From Candidatus Peregrinibacteria bacterium (GTDB lineage: Bacteria > Patescibacteriota > Gracilibacteria > UM-FILTER-43-11): a DNA stretch of 64,000 nucleotides. Each line of letters begins with the position of its first letter. The stretch's first letter is position 1. Under the pieces are notes generated by a model. It made no database searches. It was not told where the DNA came from and worked only from the letters and a program-made list of their open reading frames with translations. The stretch spans positions 2,672 to 66,671 of the forward strand of contig JAFGTE010000028.1 of assembly GCA_016934215.1 (NCBI GenBank), written 5' to 3'. Both the position numbers and the translations under genes were made by a program. Shown piece after piece: positions 28,780-38,526 of the stretch.

Positions 28780-29487
28780 TTACTCATTTAAAAGCTGAAT
28801 CGCACTGCGAAGAGCCGCCATATTGTAGGCATAATTCATGCGGGTAGAACCGAGAATGCCCATAATGCCCTTAAATCCCTGATGCGAGTAGGGGAGCGCG
28901 AGGAGACTACAGCTCTGAAATTCCGGAAGAATGTTTTCTTCGCCAATATAAATCGCGCCGTCTTTTGTAATCTTAAGATCAGAAAGCACGTTAGCCAACT
29001 CATTCTCCAACACCTCTACCACTTTCGTGGCTTTTTCCGGCTGAGTCATGAATTCCGGTTTTTTTAAAATATTGCTGATGCCGATGTAAAAGAACTGCCC
29101 TTTATCGGGAATGGTCGCAAAGCTCACATTATCGGTCGCCGTTGCTAAAATAGAAACCGTGTCATAAAGCTTTGCCTTGGTTTTATTCAGATAATACTGT
29201 CTTCTGATGGCCAGCATATCCTGATGAGCCCGCTCTTCCAGCACTTCCTGCTTTTTCATCTGATCAACAAAAAGCCGGTAGGCCCGTGACGTCGGAACTC
29301 TGCCGGCCGAAGTATGCGGCTGCGTGATGTACCCCTCCTTCTCCAGTGCCGCCATCTCATTCCGGATGGTAGCCGAAGACACTTTGAAGTTATAGCACTC
29401 CGTCAGCATCTTACTCCCCACAGGAAGCGCACTGCTGATAAACGATTCGATGATGGCCTCCAGTATTTTCTGTCTGCGTAAATCCAT
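28780..29487 (-). CDS. hrcA: heat-inducible transcription repressor HrcA (short form)
   Basis: Winged-helix N-terminus ...PVGSKML...SSATIRNEMAALEKEGYITQPHTSAGRVPT. Only 235 aa, against roughly 340 for typical HrcA. Confidence 0.85.
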   Translation of the reverse strand: MDLRRQKILEAIIESFISSALPVGSKMLTECYNFKVSSATIRNEMAALEKEGYITQPHTSAGRVPTSRAYRLFVDQMKKQEVLEERAHQDMLAIRRQYYLNKTKAKLYDTVSILATATDNVSFATIPDKGQFFYIGISNILKKPEFMTQPEKATKVVEVLENELANVLSDLKITKDGAIYIGEENILPEFQSCSLLALPYSHQGFKGIMGILGSTRMNYAYNMAALRSAIQLLNE

Positions 29488-29513
29488 TAGCAGTTAAGGT
29501 GTGTAAGTGCTAA
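29487..29513. promoter_or_regulatory. CIRCE-like inverted repeat (HrcA operator)
   Basis: TTAGCAGTT-N9-AAGTGCTAA, versus the consensus TTAGCACTC-N9-GAGTGCTAA. It abuts and overlaps the hrcA start codon. Confidence 0.6.
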
Positions 29514-29666
29514 CATTGTGGCAGACGCGCCGAACTTAGTCAAACAGAGTGCGTATAAGTGCTAGTTATACGCGTTCATCTGTCTGATGCGCATTTTTTT
29601 GATTGAAAAAGTTAAACTAAAATATATATCAATGGAGTATAATGACATAAATACAAATTAATCCGT

Positions 29667-30410
29667 TTGAATATGTTACTAAAAGACAAAGTCGCCATTG
29701 TGACCGGAGGCAAGCAGGGGATCGGCCTGGGGATCGTCCTGGCACTGGCAAAAGAAGGCTGTAATGTGGTTGTCAGTGACCTTCAGCAGAAAGGTTGTGA
29801 GGCCGCGGTGAAAGAGGCGGAAAAGCTGGGGGTCAAAGGTCTGGCGGTTGCCTGCGACGTTTCCAAAAAGGAAGAAGTGGATAAGATGGTCGGGGAGGCA
29901 GTCAAAAAATTCGGGAAGCTCGATATTCTGGTCAACAATGCCGGGATATTTCCTTTCGTGCCCTTTGCCGACATGAAAGAAGCCGACTGGGACAAGGTAC
30001 TGGACGTGAATCTGAAAAGCGTCTTTCTCTGTTGTCAGGCGGCGGCAAAACAGATGAAAGAAGGCGGGAAAATCGTCAGCATTTCATCGATCGCTTCCAT
30101 TGTGGGTTTTGAGGGACTCGTGCATTACTGTGCTTCAAAGGGGGGTATTAATGGGATGACACGGGCCATGGCGCTGGAACTGGCACCGAAAAAGATCAAC
30201 GTGAATGCCGTCGGTCCGGGAGCGATCGATACACCGGGGGCTCAGGGCGGTTCAGAAGAGCAGGACAAACAGACGATCGCGGCGATTCCGTGGCACCGCA
30301 AAGGGGTGCCCGAAGACATCGCCAACGCCGTCGTATTCCTTGTATCGGAAAAAGCGGACTATATCACCGGACAGATCTTAGTCGTGGACGGCGGATGGAC
30401 GTTACGTTAG
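29667..30410 (+). CDS. SDR-family oxidoreductase (FabG/glucose dehydrogenase-like)
   Basis: TGGxxGIG cofactor motif ([12 protein letters not shown]), NNAG and catalytic YxxxK (YCASK). 247 aa. Confidence 0.9.
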   Translation: MNMLLKDKVAIVTGGKQGIGLGIVLALAKEGCNVVVSDLQQKGCEAAVKEAEKLGVKGLAVACDVSKKEEVDKMVGEAVKKFGKLDILVNNAGIFPFVPFADMKEADWDKVLDVNLKSVFLCCQAAAKQMKEGGKIVSISSIASIVGFEGLVHYCASKGGINGMTRAMALELAPKKINVNAVGPGAIDTPGAQGGSEEQDKQTIAAIPWHRKGVPEDIANAVVFLVSEKADYITGQILVVDGGWTLR

Positions 30411-33067
30411 ATACCGGCTCCGTGACATTTCTTATACTTCTTCCCGCTGCCGCAGGGGCAGGGGTCGTTTCGGCCGACGTTGGCGTATTTTGAACTGAGT
30501 GCCTGAGGTGCGTTCGCGGAAATGCGCCGGACAACGGCATTCTGAGCCGCGGAACCGGCGGCGGGAGAACTGCCCTGATGCATACGCGTGCTGGTGATAT
30601 TACCTTCGATGGCGTCCGCGTTGGTTTGCAGGTTTTCCAGAGGTTCGGCCTGAGGCGGAGGAGGAGCTTCCGTTTTGATCTGAAGTTTAAAGAGGGTGTT
30701 GACGATGTTGTGCTGAATGGATCCAAGTAATTGGGTAAAAAGTTGATAGGCATCCTGTTTATATTCCATCAGGGGATCCCGTTGACCATAACCGCGCAGG
30801 GAAACAGATTCCCTAAGGTGGGTCATCTGGTCGATGTGTTCCATCCACAGCGTATCCACCACCCGAAGGGCGATCTGCCGCTCCACATTGCGCAGGATCT
30901 TGGGGTCCGGCAGAGCTTCTTCTTTGAGCTGATATTCTCCAAGCAGAATATTGCTCAGGTTTTCCATCAGGGTCTCGGTATCTTCGATCTTATCGAAATC
31001 CGCGGTATCGAGCTTCTTCTGTTTGTGCGGCATCAGGGCGTTGAGGGATTTGACCATGCCGTCAAGGTCCCAGTCACTGCGGTTCGGGCTGGAAGTGTGC
31101 AGGGTGACCAGATGATGAGCTTCATCCGCCATCATCTTTTTGATTTCGGCGGAAATGTCTTCGGCAGACAGAACTTTGAGGCGGCGGGCATAAATGATTT
31201 CGCGATGCTTATTCATCACGTCATCATATTCCAACAAATGTTTCCGAATATCGAAGTTATGGCCTTCTACGCGTTTTTGAGCTGATTCGATACTGCGGGT
31301 AATCAGGCTGTTTTCAATGGGGGTATCATCGTCGATGCCAAGGCGTTCCATCATGCCCTTGATACGATCGGAACCGAAAAGACGCATCAGGTCATCATCC
31401 ATAGAAATATAAAAACGGCTGTAACCAGGGTCTCCCTGACGGCCGGAGCGGCCGCGGAGCTGATTGTCGATACGGCGGGAATCATGCCGTTCCGTACCGA
31501 TAATGGCCAGACCGCCGAGGTCTTTCACGCCTTCGCCCAGCTTGATGTCGGTACCGCGGCCGGCCATATTGGTGGCAATAGTCACCGCACTCTTTTTACC
31601 GGCAAGCGCAACGATTTCAGCTTCACGTTCATGGTGTTTGGCATTGAGCACTTCGTGCTTCACGCCGGAAAGTCTGAGCATCTTAGAGAGCATTTCCGAG
31701 GTTTCCACGCTCACCGTGCCCACGAGGACCGGCTGCCCCTTTTCATTCAGTTCCTTGATGGCTTTGACCACGTTATTCCATTTGCCGCGGGCATTCTTAT
31801 AAATCAGATCAGGATGATCGGTGCGGGCTATGGGCTTATTGGTGGGGATGACCATGGTTTCCAGTCCGTAGATCTTAAAAAACTCCTCTTCTTCAGTTTT
31901 GGCTGTACCGGTCATGCCGGCCAACTTTGCATAAAGGCGGAAGAAGTTCTGGAAAGTAACGGTGGCCAAAGTTTTGCTCTCGCGTTTCACTTCCACGTTC
32001 TCTTTGGCTTCGATGGCCTGATGCAGCCCGTCAGAGTAGCAACGGCCGGGCATCAAACGCCCTGTAAACTCATCCACAATGATAATCTCGTCGTCTTTGA
32101 CAATATAATCCCGGTCGCGCATAAAAAGAGCTTTTGATTTGAGCGCCTGTTCGATGTGATGGACCTCGGTAAAACCGGCTTCCGTGTAAATATTCTCCAC
32201 GCCCAGCAGCTGTTCCATTTTAGCAATACCCGGTTCCGTCAGGGTCACATTCCGGCCTTTTTCATCCACATTGTAGTGTTCGTCAGGTATCAGCTGAGTG
32301 ACCAGACGGGAATACTGGTAGTATTTGTCCGTGGATTCTTCGGCAGGGGCTGAAATAATCAGCGGCGTGCGGCTTTCATCAATCAAAATGGAGTCTACTT
32401 CGTCCACAATGGCATAGTGAAGCGATCGCTGGACACGATTTTCCAGTTTGGTGGCCATATTGTCACGCAGATAGTCAAAGCCGAATTCATTGTTCGTGCC
32501 GTAAGTTACATCCGCACCATATGCTTCCTGTCTTTCTTCAGGACTTAAACCATGGACAATCACGCCAACGGAGAGTCCCAAATACTTATAAATCACCCCC
32601 ATCCATTCAGCGTCACGCTTGGCCAGATAGTCGTTCACGGTCACCAGGTGAGCCCCCTTTTTTGCGAGAGCGTTCAGGTAAAGCGCCAAACTGGCTACCA
32701 GCGTTTTACCTTCACCGGTGCGCATTTCTGCAATTTTACCTTCGTGAAGCATGATACCGCCGATCAGCTGAACGTCATAAGGAATCATGTCCCATTCCTT
32801 TTCGTCTTTTCCCAGTTGAAACTTTGTGCCCATCAGCCGGCGACAGGCATTTTTAACCACCGCAAAAGCTTCGACCATAATGTCGTCAGTCGATTCACCC
32901 TTAGTAAGGCGTTCAATGAATTCCGGTGTTTTACTCTTAAGTTCTTCCTCTGAAAGCGACTGAAATTCTTCCTCCTTCTTGTTGATGGCGTCTACGATGG
33001 GGGCTTTCTTTCTGAGTTCTTTTTCATTCGCATCCCCGAGAAACCTATTGATAATCTTCTTTAACAT
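30407..33067 (-). CDS. secA: preprotein translocase ATPase SecA
   Basis: MRTGEGKT Walker A, DEVDS DEAD-like box and C-terminal zinc finger [14 protein letters not shown]. 886 aa. Confidence 0.97.
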   Translation of the reverse strand: MLKKIINRFLGDANEKELRKKAPIVDAINKKEEEFQSLSEEELKSKTPEFIERLTKGESTDDIMVEAFAVVKNACRRLMGTKFQLGKDEKEWDMIPYDVQLIGGIMLHEGKIAEMRTGEGKTLVASLALYLNALAKKGAHLVTVNDYLAKRDAEWMGVIYKYLGLSVGVIVHGLSPEERQEAYGADVTYGTNNEFGFDYLRDNMATKLENRVQRSLHYAIVDEVDSILIDESRTPLIISAPAEESTDKYYQYSRLVTQLIPDEHYNVDEKGRNVTLTEPGIAKMEQLLGVENIYTEAGFTEVHHIEQALKSKALFMRDRDYIVKDDEIIIVDEFTGRLMPGRCYSDGLHQAIEAKENVEVKRESKTLATVTFQNFFRLYAKLAGMTGTAKTEEEEFFKIYGLETMVIPTNKPIARTDHPDLIYKNARGKWNNVVKAIKELNEKGQPVLVGTVSVETSEMLSKMLRLSGVKHEVLNAKHHEREAEIVALAGKKSAVTIATNMAGRGTDIKLGEGVKDLGGLAIIGTERHDSRRIDNQLRGRSGRQGDPGYSRFYISMDDDLMRLFGSDRIKGMMERLGIDDDTPIENSLITRSIESAQKRVEGHNFDIRKHLLEYDDVMNKHREIIYARRLKVLSAEDISAEIKKMMADEAHHLVTLHTSSPNRSDWDLDGMVKSLNALMPHKQKKLDTADFDKIEDTETLMENLSNILLGEYQLKEEALPDPKILRNVERQIALRVVDTLWMEHIDQMTHLRESVSLRGYGQRDPLMEYKQDAYQLFTQLLGSIQHNIVNTLFKLQIKTEAPPPPQAEPLENLQTNADAIEGNITSTRMHQGSSPAAGSAAQNAVVRRISANAPQALSSKYANVGRNDPCPCGSGKKYKKCHGAGI

Positions 33068-33179
33068 GGGCGGCTTGGGATTTTTTTGTTTGCCAAATGA
33101 TTATAGGTAAAACGAGCGGAATTGACAAACAAAAGACATTTTTGTAGAATTCGAGCACTGTTTCCAAAACAATTAGGAT

Positions 33180-34994
33180 ATGAACTACTATCAATACAAG
33201 CGAAAGGCGCCTCGCTCAAAGGTTACCGACTTTATCAAGCCTTTTTTGGTGATTGTCATTTTTTTGGGGGTCATCGTTGCAGGCTGGAAGTTTCTGGGGC
33301 CCAGTCTGATGGGGGGAGGAGAACTGCTTTCCAGTGAAAAAGTTTATCTGGATATTGAAACCGGAAGTGCCAGGGCCATGACGGCAGGCGGGAATGAATG
33401 GAGCAATGTGCTAAACGGTATTTATTTATACGAAGGGGAAAAACTTAAATCAACGTCTGATGGCCGTATCACACTGACTTTTTTTGAAAAAGATATGGTA
33501 CGTCTCGATAAAAGCACCGAAGTTAAATTTGCCAGTCTGAACCGTGACGCGGTGGGCGGTCAGGCTACGATTGAGGTGACCGACGGAAAATTATGGGTAA
33601 TTATCGATAAGAGCGGACCTACGATTTCAGAATTTACGATTGATACCGGCCTGCTCAAACTCAGATCCAGCGGAGGAACCTTTGCCCTGACCTATCCTGG
33701 TATGGTTTACGTTCTGGATGGTTCGGTGAAGGCGGACATTCTGAATGAAAAGGATATCGTTAAATCTTTGACCATAGGAGTGGGGCAGGAATTGATTGTG
33801 GATAAAACCATGGCGGCAGATCTCGCAGAAGGAATTGAAAAAGAAGTGATCTTCGCATTGGACGATGCTTTTAAAAGTTCCAACTGGTATCGCTGGAATC
33901 AGCAGCAGGAAGGAGCGGTAGAGCTGGAAGAGGAAGCAGCATCAGAGGAAGTGACTTCTGAGGATGCAGCAGAAACAACGGACGAAGAAACAATGGACGA
34001 AGAAACAACGGCAGAAGAAGAAGTGACAGAAGAAGAGGAAGAAATAGATTTAAACGACAAAGAACCGCCAACCGTTCCGCAGATCGAAATACCTGGTAAC
34101 AATGGTGATACCGTCGCACTGGAAGACGTGAAACAGGATATTAAGGGCTCAGTCAGCAGCGACACTGAAAAGGTTATTGTCAACGATTACACACTCAGTC
34201 GTTACGTTTCCGGATCCAAAGAATTCCGTTATACAGCGAATATAGCTTTTGGAAACCTTGAAGTGGGTGACAATGACTATGAAGTGATCGCTGTGGACAA
34301 GAACGGCAACAAGAGTGAAACTGCAACGATCACGTTAGTCCTGTCTCAGGAAGTTTATGACAAAGCCAAAGAAGAGGAAGGGGAAGCAGAAGAGTCAGAA
34401 CCAGAAAACAGCACACCTACCGCCAGTTCCAGTGGTGGGGTTAAAATCACGTCACCCAATAATGGTGAAAATATGGTAACCAGTGAAACTTCGTTCGAGA
34501 TCAAAGGATCCGTTCCGGAGGGGACGGCTAAAGTGGTCGTCAACGATTACACATTATCTGCTTTTTCTGAGGGTAATACGACATTTCTGTATCGCGCGAG
34601 CAGCACACTGGGCAATCTCGAAATCGGTGAACTCAACACCTATACCATAAAAGCCTATGATCCTGACGATGAACTACTTGGTTCAGCCAGTATGACGATT
34701 GATGTGGAAAGCGGTACTAATGGTGAGGGCGGGGCACCAACCATAACGATACCGACCAGTGCTACCACTTACTCAACCACTCTCGATCAACTCATGATCG
34801 GTGGAGCTGTCGGAAAATGGATCACCCGTGTAAAGATCAACGGAGCCAATCTTGATTCTTATATTCCAGGTTCGGAAGAATGGAAAAAGACCGTCACCCT
34901 GGAGTCAGGAGATAATACTTTTGAAGTCTGCGCCGAAAAAGATAGTGAACAGCAAGGCTGCAGCTCAATCACGATCAACTATCAGGGACAGTAA
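33180..34994 (+). CDS. membrane-anchored surface protein: FecR-like domain, acidic linker, three Ig-like repeats
   Basis: N-terminal TM helix, FecR-like beta region, E/T-rich linker, then three related ~90 aa repeats (V.VNDYTLS...GN..F.Y......GNLE.G.N.Y). Confidence 0.65.
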   Translation: MNYYQYKRKAPRSKVTDFIKPFLVIVIFLGVIVAGWKFLGPSLMGGGELLSSEKVYLDIETGSARAMTAGGNEWSNVLNGIYLYEGEKLKSTSDGRITLTFFEKDMVRLDKSTEVKFASLNRDAVGGQATIEVTDGKLWVIIDKSGPTISEFTIDTGLLKLRSSGGTFALTYPGMVYVLDGSVKADILNEKDIVKSLTIGVGQELIVDKTMAADLAEGIEKEVIFALDDAFKSSNWYRWNQQQEGAVELEEEAASEEVTSEDAAETTDEETMDEETTAEEEVTEEEEEIDLNDKEPPTVPQIEIPGNNGDTVALEDVKQDIKGSVSSDTEKVIVNDYTLSRYVSGSKEFRYTANIAFGNLEVGDNDYEVIAVDKNGNKSETATITLVLSQEVYDKAKEEEGEAEESEPENSTPTASSSGGVKITSPNNGENMVTSETSFEIKGSVPEGTAKVVVNDYTLSAFSEGNTTFLYRASSTLGNLEIGELNTYTIKAYDPDDELLGSASMTIDVESGTNGEGGAPTITIPTSATTYSTTLDQLMIGGAVGKWITRVKINGANLDSYIPGSEEWKKTVTLESGDNTFEVCAEKDSEQQGCSSITINYQGQ

Positions 34995-35012
34995 TTAAAA
35001 GAAGAAAGCAGC

Positions 35013-35297
35013 CTATTTTGGATTTGAAAGCTCAAAGATATCTTTGAGTCGCGGGCCGATGACAGCGACACGGCTGCCGCGCATTTTTTCGAATTGGCGC
35101 TTGTCCATCCATCGGTTAAAAAGCTGGGCCAGGTCCTGATCGCCGATATAAAAACCGGCGCCTCTCTGAGTGCATAGAGCTTTTAAAAAGACCCTGACAA
35201 GGGTGCCCAGTGGGAGACCGAGTTTATCCGCCTTCCATTTGGCGGTTTCATAAAGCCCGATATCCAGGCGGATATTGATTTGTTTGTACTTCTTCAT
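35013..35297 (-). CDS. ribbon-helix-helix (CopG/Arc-like) DNA-binding protein, orphan
   Basis: MKKYKQINIRLDIGLYETAKWKADKLGLPLGTLVRVFLKAL fits a beta-strand plus two helices. Start trimmed to ATG 35297 because the longer ORF runs into the operator repeats. Confidence 0.5.
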   Translation of the reverse strand: MKKYKQINIRLDIGLYETAKWKADKLGLPLGTLVRVFLKALCTQRGAGFYIGDQDLAQLFNRWMDKRQFEKMRGSRVAVIGPRLKDIFELSNPK

Positions 35298-35331
35298 AGT
35301 GTCGTGACCTTTAGGATATAACGTATTTTTC

Positions 35332-35461
35332 ACACTATACAAATTACTAGTAAAAAGCTAGAAATTATCACTCTTTAAAAAAACCAATTGGCTTGCATTA
35401 GCCAAATTCACAAAAAAGAACTACAGAATTTCTAGTAATATGCTAGAAATTTGTATAGTGT
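35332..35461. promoter_or_regulatory. twin palindromic operator-like sites inside a 19-bp outer inverted repeat
   Basis: O2 is a perfect 9-7-9 palindrome, AATTTCTAG-TAATATG-CTAGAAATT (35427..35451). O1 (35342..35366) is a one-mismatch copy 85 bp away. Outer inverted repeat: ACACTATACAAATTACTAG / CTAGAAATTTGTATAGTGT. Confidence 0.55.
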
Positions 35462-35491
35462 TTCAAAAAGAAACAGAGGGGGTATCTCACT

Positions 35492-36484
35492 TTAGTGAAT
35501 ATAACGTGCTTTGTTCACATTATGCTCATCCAGCGTTTTCGCGTAATGGATCACGCCGTCCGAATCATGCAGGTAATACCAGTAGTCGGTGTCTTCAGGG
35601 TATAAAGCGGCATGAATGCTAGTAATGCTGGGATTACAGATAGGTGTGGGAGGAAGTCCAGCGTATTTTCGCGTATTATACGGCGAATCGGACTGTAAAT
35701 CCTCGTAAGAAAGGCCTCCGCTCGTGCGACCGAGGCCATAAAGCACCGTGGCGTCCGCTCCCAGACCGATATCGGCATCAAAACGGTTCCATAGGATGCC
35801 AGCGACGGTAGGACGCTCGGCGGGATCCCGCTCTTCCCGTTCTACAATCGAAGCCATGATCATAATGTCTTCAAAAGAACGCGGAGAAGCGTTGATAGCT
35901 TCCCAGTCCTCGTCGCTGAGTTTATTCTTAAACGTATTCAAAAGACGGTTAATGAGCGCTTCATCACTGTATTGATCCGGATTTACAAAATAGGTATCCG
36001 GGTAAAGATAGCCTTCCAGATACCCCTCAGGAATAAAATTGAAGTCAAATTCACATTCCTCGAGGCATTTCATAAAATCCTCGGCAGTGGTCAGTTCCTC
36101 TATTTCCAGCTTTTCCGCAATCTGCCGGGTGGTCCAGCCTTCCAGCAGGGTGAGCACCACTTCAGATGATTTTCCGCTCGCCAGAATCTCGACAATCCGG
36201 GCCATGTCATCACTTTCCCGGAAAACAAAACGGCCCGCTTTAAGCTCATTACTTAAATCATTCTGCCGGAGATAAAAGTTGAAGGCAGTCGGACTTTTAA
36301 TCAGTCCTTTTTCATAAAGCAGGTCAGCCACTTCACTGCCGGTGGCTCCTTCAGGCACCGTAACCGTCACGCGGTTGGCACTGGAAGGATTGAGGGCATA
36401 ATGGATCGCTGATGAATAACCACCGTAAAGAAGAAAAACCGCGCCCAAAACCAATACCAGGACTAGGATAAGTATTTTTTTCAT
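35492..36484 (-). CDS. mltG: endolytic murein transglycosylase MltG (YceG family)
   Basis: N-terminal TM helix. YceG core: ASIVEREE...AGILWNRF...LGADATV.Y...YNTRKYAGLPPTPICNPS. Confidence 0.9.
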   Translation of the reverse strand: MKKILILVLVLVLGAVFLLYGGYSSAIHYALNPSSANRVTVTVPEGATGSEVADLLYEKGLIKSPTAFNFYLRQNDLSNELKAGRFVFRESDDMARIVEILASGKSSEVVLTLLEGWTTRQIAEKLEIEELTTAEDFMKCLEECEFDFNFIPEGYLEGYLYPDTYFVNPDQYSDEALINRLLNTFKNKLSDEDWEAINASPRSFEDIMIMASIVEREERDPAERPTVAGILWNRFDADIGLGADATVLYGLGRTSGGLSYEDLQSDSPYNTRKYAGLPPTPICNPSITSIHAALYPEDTDYWYYLHDSDGVIHYAKTLDEHNVNKARYIH

Positions 36485-36493
36485 AATCTGATG

Positions 36494-36799
36494 TTATTGC
36501 TGTCCTCCGCCAAAAAGTCCGCCCATACCGCCCATCACGTCCTTCATTTTATCGGCCGCAATGGCCTGGGATTTTTTGATCGCTTTATTGGCCGCCTCGA
36601 TGAAAGCCTTCCCAATTCGTTTGGTATCGCCCGCAAGTGCTTCAGGAATTTTGGCTTCCAGAAAAGTCTGTTCACCGTTAGCCACCACAATCACGCCATC
36701 CGCCTCTGCTTCAATGTGGATATTCTTCAGTTCTTTTTTGATCTGTTTGGCCTGTTTCTGGAGTTTATAAAGGTCCTTGGCCTGATCCATGAATCCCAT
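36494..36799 (-). CDS. ybaB: YbaB/EbfC family nucleoid-associated protein
   Basis: KLQKQAKQIKKEL...EAEADGVIVVANGEQ pattern. 101 aa. Confidence 0.9.
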   Translation of the reverse strand: MGFMDQAKDLYKLQKQAKQIKKELKNIHIEAEADGVIVVANGEQTFLEAKIPEALAGDTKRIGKAFIEAANKAIKKSQAIAADKMKDVMGGMGGLFGGGQQ

Positions 36800-36863
36800 A
36801 AGAATTTCTGTTTAAGATATATTTCTCAGTCAGTCTAACATAGCTTTTCCCTTTTAAAAATAT

Positions 36864-36892
36864 TTGCAATCAACCAGGCAGTCGTGTATAAA
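36864..36892 (+). promoter_or_regulatory. putative promoter of rpsU
   Basis: TTGCAA, 17 nt spacer, TATAAA. An AGGAG Shine-Dalgarno sequence lies 7 nt before the rpsU ATG. Confidence 0.45.
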
Positions 36893-36925
36893 ATATAAGC
36901 TTATTAATAAAAAAGGAGCAAATCA

Positions 36926-37129
36926 ATGATTTACGCGATCAAAAAGCAGAACGAATCCAATGAGAGGCTGATGAGCCGGTTTAAAAAAATCGTCCAGCGC
37001 AGTCGTATCATGGAGACGAAACGAAGTCGTTACCACGAGCAGAAGCCCACTAAAAAGTACATCCGCGAGGCAGCCGTGAAACGTGCACAGTACCGAAAAA
37101 AGCGCGAAAAAGCCAAGTTCTATAGCTAA
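36926..37129 (+). CDS. rpsU: 30S ribosomal protein S21
   Basis: 67 aa, highly basic. ESNERLMSRFKK...YHEQKPTKKYIREAAVKRA is S21-like. Confidence 0.9.
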   Translation: MIYAIKKQNESNERLMSRFKKIVQRSRIMETKRSRYHEQKPTKKYIREAAVKRAQYRKKREKAKFYS

Positions 37130-37134
37130 ACTGT

Positions 37135-38526
37135 ATGAAAACCCCGATCATTACGATCGTCGGAAGACCCAACGTCGGTAAATCAACCCTCTTCAATAAG
37201 ATCATCGGATCCCGAATCGCCATCACGGCAGAAGAAGCCGGAACCACGAGGGATCGACTTTTTTATAAAGTGCTGCATCCCGTGATTGATTTTTTCTTAG
37301 TCGATACGGGCGGCCTTGAATTTGGAAAAGGGGAAAACTCCATTGAAGATGATATGCAGACCCAGGCCCGGATTGCCATGGAGGAGGGGGATCTGATCCT
37401 TTTTGTGGTGGATGCCAAGGACGGCGTCCATGGCCAGGATCAGAAAGCCGCTGAATACTTGCGTAAAAATGTTCAGAAACCGGTGCTGTTGGTAGTGAAC
37501 AAGTGTGACCAATTTTTGGATGAATCGAAACTGGCTGAATTCTATTCACTGGGTTTGGGGGAACCCCACCAGGTATCAGCACTTCACAAAACAGGCATCG
37601 ATATGCTGGTTGATAATGTGACTCTCTCACTTAGAGAACGTCACTTTATCACAAAAGAAGACAAAACTTATGACAAGATCATAAAATGGGAAGAGGCCCA
37701 CACCCAGGTGGCCATGGTCGGCAAACCGAATGTCGGAAAATCTTCGCTGATTAACGCTATTTTAAATAAAGATAAACTGATTGTTTCTGAAATCCCCGGA
37801 ACGACCCGTGACAGCACGGACAGTCTGATCAAACATGAGGGAAAACTATACAATTTCATCGACACAGCAGGCCTTAAGCGTCCGGGAAAAACCGGAAAAG
37901 GCGTCGAACATTTCAGCGCCCTCAGATCGATGGCATCGATTGAACGATGCGATGTGGCCTTACTGGTGATTGATAGTTCAGAGCCCATTTCCCATCAGGA
38001 TCAGGCCATTGCCAGTTACATAACGGAAGCCGGCAAAGGACTTATGATTTTGATTAATAAGTGGGATATTCCCCTTGATGATATCGACCATTCGGGCGAA
38101 GTCAAAAAAGATGCGGAGACAGCAAAAAGAAATGTCTTCATCACAAAACTCAAACACCGTTTTCCATTCCTTTCCTGGGCCCCCGTCATTTTTACCTCAG
38201 CCGTTACCAAAAAGAATCTCCATATCATTTTTGAACAAATCGATTTAATTATAAATGAGCAGAAAAAACGCATAGCGACGGCAAAACTCAATACTTTTTT
38301 AGAGCAAATGGTGCAGGAGCACCCGCCTACGGGAAAAACCAAAATTAAACCCCGTATCTACTACATCACTCAGGCCGAAATTCAGCCCCCGACTTTTGTG
38401 GCGTTTGTAAATAAAAGATCAGCCTTTCATTTTTCATACGCCAGATACATTGAAAACAGACTGCGGAAAGAATTTCAGTTTACCGGTGTGCCAATAAGAT
38501 TTGAATATCGGGAAAAAGAACGATGA
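37135..38526 (+). CDS. der: ribosome-biogenesis GTPase Der (EngA)
   Basis: Two GTPase domains (GRPNVGKST and GKPNVGKSS P-loops) plus a KH-like C-terminus. 463 aa. Confidence 0.95.
   Translation: MKTPIITIVGRPNVGKSTLFNKIIGSRIAITAEEAGTTRDRLFYKVLHPVIDFFLVDTGGLEFGKGENSIEDDMQTQARIAMEEGDLILFVVDAKDGVHGQDQKAAEYLRKNVQKPVLLVVNKCDQFLDESKLAEFYSLGLGEPHQVSALHKTGIDMLVDNVTLSLRERHFITKEDKTYDKIIKWEEAHTQVAMVGKPNVGKSSLINAILNKDKLIVSEIPGTTRDSTDSLIKHEGKLYNFIDTAGLKRPGKTGKGVEHFSALRSMASIERCDVALLVIDSSEPISHQDQAIASYITEAGKGLMILINKWDIPLDDIDHSGEVKKDAETAKRNVFITKLKHRFPFLSWAPVIFTSAVTKKNLHIIFEQIDLIINEQKKRIATAKLNTFLEQMVQEHPPTGKTKIKPRIYYITQAEIQPPTFVAFVNKRSAFHFSYARYIENRLRKEFQFTGVPIRFEYREKER

Noticed and set aside
29536-29565. Second CIRCE-like element, TTAGTCAAA...AAGTGCTAG.
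   Set aside because: The half-sites are degenerate and the spacing is 12 nt rather than 9 nt. It is mentioned only as context.
33940-34060. GAA/GAG-rich repetitive DNA, with long antisense ORFs at 33871..34183.
   Set aside because: It is the coding sequence of the poly-acidic linker of the surface protein. The antisense ORFs are Ser/Leu-rich artefacts.
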